Positions 1 through 7,717 of a stretch of DNA of 61,950 bases are shown here, piece after piece. Position 1 is the stretch's first letter; each line of letters begins with the position of its first letter. A program made the translations under genes and the position numbers. The notes beneath the pieces are model-generated. The model was not told where the DNA came from, did not search any database, and saw nothing but the letters and a program-made list of their open reading frames with translations. Source of the stretch: Mageeibacillus sp. UBA1212 (lineage in GTDB: Bacteria > Bacillota > Clostridia > UBA1212); the NCBI GenBank assembly GCA_002309655.1, contig DBXM01000028.1, forward strand, positions 1-61,950. The letters are read 5' to 3'.

Positions 1-27
1 TGGAATATCTCTCCACTTCATATTCAT
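1..27 (-). CDS. 5' end of a CDS running off the left edge (MNMKWRDIP...)
   Basis: AAAGGAG RBS (29-35) before ATG at 27 (alternative ATG at 21); open to window edge. Confidence 0.5.
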
Positions 28-36
28 GCTCCTTTA

Positions 37-113
37 CAAATCTTGCCGATTTGGCGACTTCCCAGTAAACTGCGATTTGGCAGTATCATTTTATTTCGAT
101 AAACTGGAATTTG
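37..113. repeat. Cluster of cassette-boundary sites (37-56 variant, 63-79 variant, 97-113)
   Basis: caaatcttgccgatttggcg, cagtaaactgcgatttg, cgataaactggaatttg match the motif family at 874, 3747, 5118, 5672. Confidence 0.65.
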
Positions 114-152
114 CCTATGCGCGTAAAAAGCGCTGTTAGCTTAGAAATGAAT

Positions 153-848
153 TTATTTGCTTTGCCGCACTATACAATTAGGAATTGAGACATCTGCATA
201 TGATACGCCTTTTTCCTTGCATTTGAATTCTTCATAACCTATATACTCTTGTTGTTGAGAGTATAGTTCTCCGTCATAAACAATACCAGCATCGCAATAA
301 TTAACAGGATATGTACTTTTCGGGATGTAGTTTATATAGATAACTGAAACTTCTGTTACAGAGAGCCGATTGTACTCATAGTAACAGATTTGGGAATCAT
401 TTACTAAGTATTCGCTTCTTATAAAACCGTTACTAAGTTCTGAAACAATACGATACCCGTATTGTTTTTTGCCATATTTATCAAACGGAATCAAATATCT
501 TTTGTTATTATGTGCAAAAGCGTGCCACGTAACGTCTTCTTTTCCGTTGACAAAAGACTCGACCTTTAGAATTTTACCGGAATGTCTATAGATTGCGAAA
601 TAATTCTTTGTACCTTTACGCAAGCGTTCATGTTCTTCAATTTTAGCTCTTTTTAATTGAGCCTTGATGATTTCGCCCTCCATATACCACCTTTCGACGT
701 TTCGTCTGTATGATATGGTTATATTATCATAAAGATTACAATCCTCGAGCCTTGCTTGGTTATATACATCATTTGTTTCGTCAATCAAAGAGAGTAGCAA
801 TGCCTTATAATGGTGATTTAAATCAAAATCGCTCCGGTTATTATCCAT
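153..848 (-). CDS. Hypothetical protein, AT-rich
   Basis: 231-aa ORF with AAAAGGAG RBS; no recognisable domain. Confidence 0.75.
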   Translation of the reverse strand: MDNNRSDFDLNHHYKALLLSLIDETNDVYNQARLEDCNLYDNITISYRRNVERWYMEGEIIKAQLKRAKIEEHERLRKGTKNYFAIYRHSGKILKVESFVNGKEDVTWHAFAHNNKRYLIPFDKYGKKQYGYRIVSELSNGFIRSEYLVNDSQICYYEYNRLSVTEVSVIYINYIPKSTYPVNYCDAGIVYDGELYSQQQEYIGYEEFKCKEKGVSYADVSIPNCIVRQSK

Positions 849-873
849 TGTTGCGTCTCCTTTTCGTCTCTCT

Positions 874-890
874 CAAATCCCGATTTGTCG
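874..890. repeat. Cassette-boundary site
   Basis: caaatcccgatttgtcg; inverted relative to 97-113 (13/17). Confidence 0.7.
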
Positions 891-969
891 AGCTCTTAGC
901 CCAGTAGTATTATGCCATTTTTACCCCCATAATTCAACGAACCATATGTTAAATTTGGACGCTTTTTCT

Positions 970-2274
970 TTACGATTTCGAGACAACGACGTCGCCGTCA
1001 GAACAGTGAACGGTGATATCCGGCGTTGCCCCTGAATTCCAGTTTCGGCCCTTCACGACGCTTTCCCATTCAGCCATTGTTCCGGCAAACTGAATGTCTC
1101 TTAAGTCCGGGCATTCCGCGAACGCGTTCTCTCCGACAGTCTTTAATCCCGCAGGCAGCTCAACTTCGCGAAGCCACTTGCAATGCGTAAAGGCGTCAAA
1201 ACCGATCTCGGTAACGCCGGCCGGAACAGGCGCCTTGTACATAAACCTGCAGTTGAAGCATGCATAGTTGCCTATTTTTGTCAGGCTGTCGAGGAATTTG
1301 AAAGTAGTCGACGAGTCTGATACCGGATAAGCGATTAGCTCGGTTTTTTCCTTGTTGTATATGATTCTCTGTTCATCCGAGCAGTAGTGCTTGTTGTTTT
1401 CGTCTACCGTCAGCCACTTAAGCCCTTTGCATCCCAAAAAGGCGTTCGGTGCAATCCTTTCAACGCCGGCGGGAATTACTATCTGCTCCAGGTTTTCGGT
1501 GGTAACAAACGCATAGCGGGCAATTCCCGTCACGCTTTCCGGAATTTCGTAATAGGTGTAAGGTTTTCCCGCCGGGTACCAGATCAGCGTTTTTCCGTCT
1601 TTCGAAAACAGAATGCCGTCGATGTCTTTAAAAGCTTTGTTGCCGCTGCCGACTTCGATTACCATCAGATAAGAGTCATACCAGAAAGCGCCGGCGTCAA
1701 TGGATGTCACGCTGTCGGGAAGACAGAATTTACGCTCGCCTTTATATGCGCAGTTCGCGCCGGGATAGCAAATCAGCGTCTTGCCGTCCTTGCTGTAGAG
1801 CACTCCTTCAACGGATTTCAAATAAGGGTTTTCAGCGTCAACTTCAATTTGCGTAAGGCTTGTTGACGACAGCGCACAGTAAAAGGTTTTTTCGATGCTC
1901 GCAGGAAGAGTTACTTTTCTGACCGACTGAGAATTGTAAAGCGAGTAAGTCCAGATTCCCGTAACATTAAGGCCCTCAACCTCCGACGGGAAGACGACCT
2001 CGGACGCGGTTCCTTCATAGGAAACGACATAAGCCGTACCGTCCCCGTTGTCTGAAAAGATATAGTCGCCGCTGCGGAAAAGCCTTCCCGTGAGAGTCTG
2101 CTCGTCAGGTTTTCCGGAATCTGCAAAAAGATCGTTGTCCGGGGATGATGAAACGGAAGAGTTGCCGTTTCCGTTTCCGTTATTCGTATTTGACGTCCGA
2201 GTTCCGCATGACGCCGTCACAACAAGCATCAGCAGAGCAAGAATTAAAACCGCCGCTCGTTTACAGTTTCTCAT
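970..2274 (-). CDS. BspA-like leucine-rich repeat (LRR_5) lipoprotein
   Basis: Lipobox-like TASC; repeated xIPxSVTxIxxxAF and DGVLYSKDGKTLI units. Confidence 0.85.
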   Translation of the reverse strand: MRNCKRAAVLILALLMLVVTASCGTRTSNTNNGNGNGNSSVSSSPDNDLFADSGKPDEQTLTGRLFRSGDYIFSDNGDGTAYVVSYEGTASEVVFPSEVEGLNVTGIWTYSLYNSQSVRKVTLPASIEKTFYCALSSTSLTQIEVDAENPYLKSVEGVLYSKDGKTLICYPGANCAYKGERKFCLPDSVTSIDAGAFWYDSYLMVIEVGSGNKAFKDIDGILFSKDGKTLIWYPAGKPYTYYEIPESVTGIARYAFVTTENLEQIVIPAGVERIAPNAFLGCKGLKWLTVDENNKHYCSDEQRIIYNKEKTELIAYPVSDSSTTFKFLDSLTKIGNYACFNCRFMYKAPVPAGVTEIGFDAFTHCKWLREVELPAGLKTVGENAFAECPDLRDIQFAGTMAEWESVVKGRNWNSGATPDITVHCSDGDVVVSKS

Positions 2275-2307
2275 TTTATAAATCTCCTTTTTTCTACAGG
2301 ATTTCTT

Positions 2308-3015
2308 TCATTTTCGGGTCTGTTCCCACACGCAAAGCGTTTTCGTACCGTTCTTCTTTACGCAAAGCTTTATCAGATTGAACCAGCCGCGGCACTTGTC
2401 GAGAATAATGGAATCGGTGGTGATCACGTTGTCCCTGTCCCACAGCGTCGAATCGACGGCTTTGAGTACCTGGATATCAAGCCCGAACGGATATTCTTCG
2501 CCGATATCTGCAAGAAGCGTTTTCAGACGTCCGGAATTCGACACCGGCTCGTCGAGAAGAATATGCGCGGTTTTAATATTTTGCACCTTCAGCGTATCGA
2601 AAAGCGCGTGAACGGCTTTCTCCGTTTCGGGAATGATTCTGTACGTTCCTCTCAGGGCGGCGAGGTCCCGCACCGTTCCGTCCATACAGTCGAAAAGAAC
2701 GGAATCCGAAAACATAACTTCAAGCGTTATGATTGTGTTGAAGCCGTCAACCCAGACTTCTGCGCCGTCAAGCGAGGCCTTCTCTTTTTCTTTTCTTATT
2801 CTCAACTGTTTGTCCGCCGCCACGCTGCGCGCGATCGCCAGCCGCTGACGCTCGGACAGAACGAAATGATTGCCGACAAAAGTCGACGCATGCTTTAAAT
2901 CGTAGCCCTCGTTCAGCAAATAACAAATATGCCGCGAGGCGGTTTTCATTATTTGAATCGCAGCCGGCGAAAAGTTTCTTTCGTCCTCCGGCAGATATCC
3001 GCGCTTTGCGTTCAT
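2308..3015 (-). CDS. DUF434 domain-containing protein
   Basis: YLLNEGY..FVGNHF.LSERQR, DGFNTIITLE, DGTVRDLA motifs. Confidence 0.8.
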   Translation of the reverse strand: MNAKRGYLPEDERNFSPAAIQIMKTASRHICYLLNEGYDLKHASTFVGNHFVLSERQRLAIARSVAADKQLRIRKEKEKASLDGAEVWVDGFNTIITLEVMFSDSVLFDCMDGTVRDLAALRGTYRIIPETEKAVHALFDTLKVQNIKTAHILLDEPVSNSGRLKTLLADIGEEYPFGLDIQVLKAVDSTLWDRDNVITTDSIILDKCRGWFNLIKLCVKKNGTKTLCVWEQTRK

Positions 3016-3040
3016 TTGTCTTCTCCCTGCGTTTTTCCCG

Positions 3041-3088
3041 GATAATCCGGTTTCACAGAATTGTCATGTTCCGCCACACCGGAATTCA
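3041..3088. repeat. Degenerate palindromic cassette junction (3041-3057 + 14 nt + 3072-3088)
   Basis: gataatccggtttcaca ... cgccacaccggaattca; 11/17 and 13/17 to the best copies. Confidence 0.5.
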
Positions 3089-3703
3089 TCCGGATATCGT
3101 CAGGATTCCGGAGCAAAACGTCATTTTCTTGAAAACAAGGCCCGGAAAATCTGCTCTTAATTCATCGGCAACACAATATAACTCATCATCATCCCATTCG
3201 TCGCCGCTTTCTTCTCTGCATTTATCCAGCTCTTCCCGACTCTCAAATGCCACATCCCCAATAAGAATCTTACCGTTATCTCTAAGATGATCCGTCAATT
3301 CCCTCAGGAGTACAACCTTTTGGTCATCCGCTAAGTGGTGAATGGAGTAAGTTGCGACAATGAAATCGTAAGTCTCTTTTTTTAGGGCTTCGACTAATCC
3401 CCGTGAAAAATCCCCTTGATAAAGATGGGCATCAGGCATCTTTTCAGAAGCCAGTTCAATCATTCTTGCCGAAAAATCTTGTCCAAAAATAACGCATCCG
3501 TTTTCATACAGCTTTGTTGTTAGCGTGCCGGTTCCAAAGCCCATATCAAGTACCGCCGCATTCGGTTTTTCCATTACAATTCTATAGATGTCGGCAAGTA
3601 TCTTTTTGTATCCCGCGAAAGGATAAGTATTATATTCATCTGAAAGTCCGACCGACTTGTCGTATCCGTCTGCCCACAAATCAAATCCTTTATCATCTAA
3701 CAT
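3086..3703 (-). CDS. Class I SAM-dependent methyltransferase
   Basis: VLDMGFGTG motif I; YDFIVATYSIHHL. Confidence 0.88.
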   Translation of the reverse strand: MLDDKGFDLWADGYDKSVGLSDEYNTYPFAGYKKILADIYRIVMEKPNAAVLDMGFGTGTLTTKLYENGCVIFGQDFSARMIELASEKMPDAHLYQGDFSRGLVEALKKETYDFIVATYSIHHLADDQKVVLLRELTDHLRDNGKILIGDVAFESREELDKCREESGDEWDDDELYCVADELRADFPGLVFKKMTFCSGILTISG

Positions 3704-3714
3704 GTTTACCTCTG

Positions 3715-3763
3715 CAATTCCCGGGTAGCCGGGATTGTTATTATTCCGACAAACCGGAATTGG
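3715..3763. repeat. Palindromic cassette junction (3715-3731 + 15 nt + 3747-3763)
   Basis: caattcccgggtagccg ... cgacaaaccggaattgg; 3741-3761 is identical to 5112-5132 (21 nt). Confidence 0.7.
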
Positions 3764-3765
3764 TT

Positions 3766-4296
3766 CTAATACTTTAAATATCTCTTTTCGCCGTCGATTT
3801 TCAAGTACAGAGGATGTCTGGGGTTTCCCGATTTCGTCAACCCGCCGAAATGGAATATTTTAATTTTCTCCGTTTTCAGTCGCGTCAAGAGTATTTCTTT
3901 TGACTTAATAAGATTGTCGTGAGGCGGATCGCCCCAGGCTCCCCACACTTCTTTTATATTATATTTATTGCAGAGCGCAACTATCTGTTCCGCGTTTTCT
4001 TCCGCCAGAAGCCGGTCGAATTCGTCCATGTTTTTAGCGTCAGTCGCCCGTTCGGGATACAGGTTGGTCATTATCCAGCCGTCATAACCCAGTTCACGCA
4101 CTGTCTTGATCACTTTGTTGACGGTGCGGTCCGAGTATTCTTCACGCGCGGCTGAAGGATTCATTCCGATAATCAAGCATGAATGATTCCCGGGCCTGCC
4201 CAAAGCAAACCTGTAAGGCTGATAATCCGCGGGAATGACCATCGTGGGTTGTTGTCCCTCGGGGTATGTAACTATTATTTTTGTAACTTTTGACAT
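3766..4296 (-). CDS. DUF1643 domain-containing protein
   Basis: IGMNPSAA..D.T, NLYP.RAT, AWG, G.PRHPLY motifs; GGAGG before ATG 4296. Confidence 0.85.
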   Translation of the reverse strand: MSKVTKIIVTYPEGQQPTMVIPADYQPYRFALGRPGNHSCLIIGMNPSAAREEYSDRTVNKVIKTVRELGYDGWIMTNLYPERATDAKNMDEFDRLLAEENAEQIVALCNKYNIKEVWGAWGDPPHDNLIKSKEILLTRLKTEKIKIFHFGGLTKSGNPRHPLYLKIDGEKRYLKY

Positions 4297-4358
4297 TTTG
4301 TCCAAAACCTCCAAACTCAGGCTTCCTTGCCGTTTGTATGCCGGACAGGAATCCGGTT

Positions 4359-4883
4359 TTAAAGGGTTATCCAGTACCTTCTCAGCAGATGCTGCCCCTC
4401 CGCTTCGTTGCAGGCTTCAACGGTATCTTCCCAGACGCCGCCCATTGATTCGCACAAATGAATGGAGGCCTTGTTTTCGTCGTTGATCGTCAGCAACACT
4501 TTTTCCATGCCGTGACCCCTTGCGAGTTCCAGCCCGAGGCGGAGAATCTCCTTGCCGTACCCTTTTCCCTGCTCCGACGGCCTGACCGCGTAACCGATGC
4601 TTCCTATGTCCAGCATCACCTTTTCGGGAAAATCGGTCCGGAGCTGGAATTCTCCGATGAACTTTCCGCCGTCGACCGCCCAATAGTGAAAGCTGACGGG
4701 TTGACCTTCTGCCAGCCCTTGCTCTTTCCTGTCATACCACGGTTTTGTTCGGGAAAACCACCCGTCATCAATATAATCCGGATTCGTGGGTCTGAAATAG
4801 ATAACGTTGTTATCGTACATTTCCCGGCAATATTCTTTGTACCCTTCCACATATTCGGGGCACCGTTTTATCAGTTCAAGCAT
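4359..4883 (-). CDS. GNAT family N-acetyltransferase
   Basis: GSIGYAVRPSEQGKGYG acetyl-CoA motif; N.AS. Confidence 0.88.
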   Translation of the reverse strand: MLELIKRCPEYVEGYKEYCREMYDNNVIYFRPTNPDYIDDGWFSRTKPWYDRKEQGLAEGQPVSFHYWAVDGGKFIGEFQLRTDFPEKVMLDIGSIGYAVRPSEQGKGYGKEILRLGLELARGHGMEKVLLTINDENKASIHLCESMGGVWEDTVEACNEAEGQHLLRRYWITL

Positions 4884-5117
4884 GCGTTTCCCTCCGCGAA
4901 TCCCAGTTTAATTATATTATTATATCACACCGCGAACGGCTTTTATACAGGAAAAGGGGCCGGAACAGAAGATTCCGACCCCGCAAATGAGCGTGACGGT
5001 CAATTTAGATGCATTTCTAAAAAACCCGGCTTTTTCGGGTATTTCGGGGAAAAGCAAACGTACATTTTAGATACAGTTCGCCACTTGCAAACGTGCAGAA
5101 TAGATGCGTCTTTATTC

Positions 5118-5134
5118 CGACAAACCGGAATTTG
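5118..5134. repeat. Cassette-boundary site
   Basis: cgacaaaccggaatttg; inverted relative to 5672-5688 (15/17). Confidence 0.75.
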
Positions 5135-5174
5135 TCAATAACGCAATTCGTTAAGTAATTCACCAATCCTGCTT

Positions 5175-5594
5175 TTATAGGAATATATCATGTTTTCCAT
5201 TTTGTGCAAAGAGCGGTTTCAAATTGACTTTTTTAAAGAGCCCGATTTTGTAGGGTTGCCCCACAACAACCGAGTAATCATCTCTGTGTTCCAAACTTAA
5301 AAGAACAGCGTCTGATTTTTCTCCGTTTTCACGCAAAATGCTTGCATTCCAACAAATGCCGCTAGCCTTGATTTCACCTTGTTTCGCTTGCGCATTATGA
5401 AACTCAGTCAACCGGTTGATCATACCAGTCGAATCAGGGTGATCATCACCCGAATCAACTGCTGTGAGACTAATTTCGCCATCATTATTTAATACCGCCC
5501 CAAATGGATAGAATTCACCATGTTTTTTAAGCTGGTTGACTGCAAACGGTAACAATGCATTGAGTAACTCTTCGCATTCTTCTTTTGGTGTCAT
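5175..5594 (-). CDS. Hypothetical protein
   Basis: 139-aa ORF with AGGAGG RBS; AT-richer than the backbone. Confidence 0.75.
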   Translation of the reverse strand: MTPKEECEELLNALLPFAVNQLKKHGEFYPFGAVLNNDGEISLTAVDSGDDHPDSTGMINRLTEFHNAQAKQGEIKASGICWNASILRENGEKSDAVLLSLEHRDDYSVVVGQPYKIGLFKKVNLKPLFAQNGKHDIFL

Positions 5595-5671
5595 AAGATT
5601 ACCTCCTGAACAGATGAGCTCATTTGAGAAATATGATTGTCATTACAATAAAAAGCAATGCCGCTTCTCTC

Positions 5672-5688
5672 CAAATCCCGGTTTGACG
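5672..5688. repeat. Cassette-boundary site
   Basis: caaatcccggtttgacg. Confidence 0.75.
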
Positions 5689-5718
5689 TGATCAATATAG
5701 CACAAAAATGCGTTTTTT

Positions 5719-6075
5719 TCAACCTCGCTCATTCTCTTTTGACGTGTTGATCGAGGAAATGAGCATCACGCGGATCGAGGCGCAGGCGGCATCGAGTGAT
5801 TTATACGTCTGCTTGTCGATATAATCGGTTTTGAATAATAGTTCGAGCCAATAGCCGGTCTCGTTTGCTTCCTTGAGCGCGATTTGCAGTTTTGAAATGA
5901 AATCCTGCCTGCCGTGGGCGTAATGCGCTTCGCGTATATTCGCGCCGATTGAGGTGCCGGAGCAACCAATCTGGTTGGAAATGATCGTTTCGTGCTTCGA
6001 TTTTAAGTCTTTGACGAGGTCGATGATTCGGACGGCGAAGTTCATTGATTGAATCGAAAGTTAATCATTACGCAT
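5719..6075 (-). pseudogene. Four-helix-bundle protein (TIGR02436/23S rRNA IVP-like) with in-frame TAA at codon 5
   Basis: SGTSIGANIREA...DFISKLQIALKEANET.YWL signature; GGAGG RBS precedes ATG 6075, giving MRND*LSIQSMNF. Confidence 0.75.
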
Positions 6076-6153
6076 TCTTACACCTCCGTTTGTATAATAG
6101 CATATTTGTGTGAATAAATCTAGGGAAACGGGAGAAATGAGAGAACGGGAGTT

Positions 6154-6332
6154 TAATGAAGACGGCTCAAAGCACCTAATGAAGTCACTCGCTCCGCTCG
6201 TTAATAAAGACGGCGGCGATGCCGCCTAATGAAGCGAAGTCGCCCCGCTCCTTAATTAGCGACCGCAGGGAGCGTCTTCATTTCTTCATTAGCGAAGCGT
6301 CTTCATTAGCCCTCGTAGAGGGCGACTTCATT
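6154..6332. repeat. Nested TAATGAAG / CTTCATT repeat module
   Basis: Four TAATRAAG (6154, 6177, 6202, 6227) followed by four CTTCATT (~6276, 6284, 6301, 6326) with small GC hairpins between. Confidence 0.7.
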
Positions 6333-6333
6333 G

Positions 6334-6390
6334 AAAAAGGAGCTGTTTAAGCCCCTGATTTTTGACCAGGTTTTTAAACAGCCCCTTTTT
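6334..6390 (-). terminator. Hairpin/terminator after tRNA-Gln
   Basis: aaaaaggagctgtttaa ... ttaaacagccccttttt inverted repeat. Confidence 0.6.
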
Positions 6391-6391
6391 C

Positions 6392-6466
6392 TGGCTGGGA
6401 TGGCAGGATTTGAACCTGCGAATACCAGAGTCAAAGTCTGGTGCCTTACCGCTTGGCGACATCCCA
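6392..6466 (-). tRNA. tRNA-Gln(TTG)
   Basis: TGGGATG...CATCCCAGCCA acceptor stem; anticodon loop CT-TTG-AC; GGTTCAAATCC T-arm; encoded CCA. Confidence 0.97.
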
Positions 6467-6509
6467 ATAGACCGGAAAGCGGTGCGTCATTCCCGTTTTC
6501 CGAGTGAAT

Positions 6510-6538
6510 ATTATACAAACTGCCCCGGAAAATGTCAA
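6510..6538 (-). promoter_or_regulatory. Sigma-A promoter of tRNA-Gln
   Basis: TTGACA-17nt-TATAAT perfect consensus. Confidence 0.9.
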
Positions 6539-6576
6539 GACTTTATCGCTTCCGGACCGCCGGTTCGTCACAGGTT

Positions 6577-7716
6577 TTACTTCGGCACGCTCAGTTCTGT
6601 CTCTCTGGCCACCGGCTCACCGAAGACGGGATACCCTTCACTGTCGAAGTCGATCTTCTGGATGTAGGCGTACCTGCCTTCGACGCCCGCGTCAGGCGTG
6701 GCCATTCCGTGATAGGCCATCCAGACCTCCGAACCGTCCGGCGACTCGAAGAATGAACAGTGTCCCACCCCGTAGACCTCGTTCGCCTGCGTAAACACCG
6801 GCGACTCCGACTTAATCCAGTTGTCGACGTTGATGAAATTCTCGAGCGAGGTGTCCGGGCCGACGTACTCAAGCATTCCCAGGCTGTACCACTCGGACCA
6901 GCAGCCGCTGGCGGAGTAGATCAGGAATATCCTTCCGCCGTGGGTCAGGAAAACGGGACCCTCGTTCACGCGGCCGTCGTCGGTTTCGGTCGAGCCCATC
7001 TTCTCCCACCGGTACTTGGGATACGTCAGCATCCTTACCGTGCTCTCGTCCACGCGCCAGGGGGATTCCATCCGCGCGATCATGACGGCCTGCCCCTTCG
7101 ACGTGAAATTGCTGTAGGCCGTGTAAAGATTTCCCGACGCCTCGTCGTACCAGACCGTCTGGTCGATGGAAATGTTGTCGGGAACGGTCTTCCCCTTAAA
7201 ATGGTAGTCGCCGAACGGGTCGCTGCCCTCGGATTCGATGCAGAACATCCTCATGGTCGCGAAGTCGAAGCCGTCCGTGCTCCCGCAGAAGTAGGCGTAC
7301 CAGCGGCCGGTGGTCGGGAGGTAATGAAGTTCGGGCGCCCAGAGGTTCCAGCCGTAAGTCTCGCCGCCGTCGATCTTGTCGCCTGTCTTCGCGATTTCCT
7401 TCGACTCGCCTTCCGTGAACAGTTTCGCCACGTTTTTGCACCTGTAGAGGCGCACAACGGTCACCTCGGTCGCCAGGCCGTAATAGTAGCCGTCGTGGTA
7501 AACAATGAACGGATCCGGCATGGACTTGTCGGAAATCGGGTTGTAAAAAGTCTTCACGGAAACGTCTCCCTCCTGTTCCGGGTCGCCTGTGTTTCCTGCG
7601 GGAACGGCCGTGCTCTTACCCGTGCCGTTGCCTCCGTTCACGCCTCCGCAGCCGCCTGCTGCCAGCGCCACCGTCAAAATGCCTATAACAAGGATAATTA
7701 AACTCCGGACTCTCAT
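6577..7716 (-). CDS. Glycoside hydrolase family 43, probable lipoprotein
   Basis: PDPFI, WAPELH, ID.T, NEGP, GVGHCSF motifs; signal ending AAGGC. Confidence 0.92.
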   Translation of the reverse strand: MRVRSLIILVIGILTVALAAGGCGGVNGGNGTGKSTAVPAGNTGDPEQEGDVSVKTFYNPISDKSMPDPFIVYHDGYYYGLATEVTVVRLYRCKNVAKLFTEGESKEIAKTGDKIDGGETYGWNLWAPELHYLPTTGRWYAYFCGSTDGFDFATMRMFCIESEGSDPFGDYHFKGKTVPDNISIDQTVWYDEASGNLYTAYSNFTSKGQAVMIARMESPWRVDESTVRMLTYPKYRWEKMGSTETDDGRVNEGPVFLTHGGRIFLIYSASGCWSEWYSLGMLEYVGPDTSLENFINVDNWIKSESPVFTQANEVYGVGHCSFFESPDGSEVWMAYHGMATPDAGVEGRYAYIQKIDFDSEGYPVFGEPVARETELSVPK

Positions 7717-7717
7717 T

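Noticed and set aside
1-5700. Classical integron (intI/attC) or CRISPR array
   Set aside because: No integrase, no attC GTTRRRY/RYYYAAC cores seen, and the repeats are separated by whole genes rather than short spacers.
5719-6075. Four-helix-bundle gene as the Avd of a diversity-generating retroelement
   Set aside because: No reverse transcriptase or TR/VR pair nearby.
6306-6667. ORFs 6306-6518 and 6362-6667
   Set aside because: They overlap tRNA-Gln and its promoter; spurious translations.
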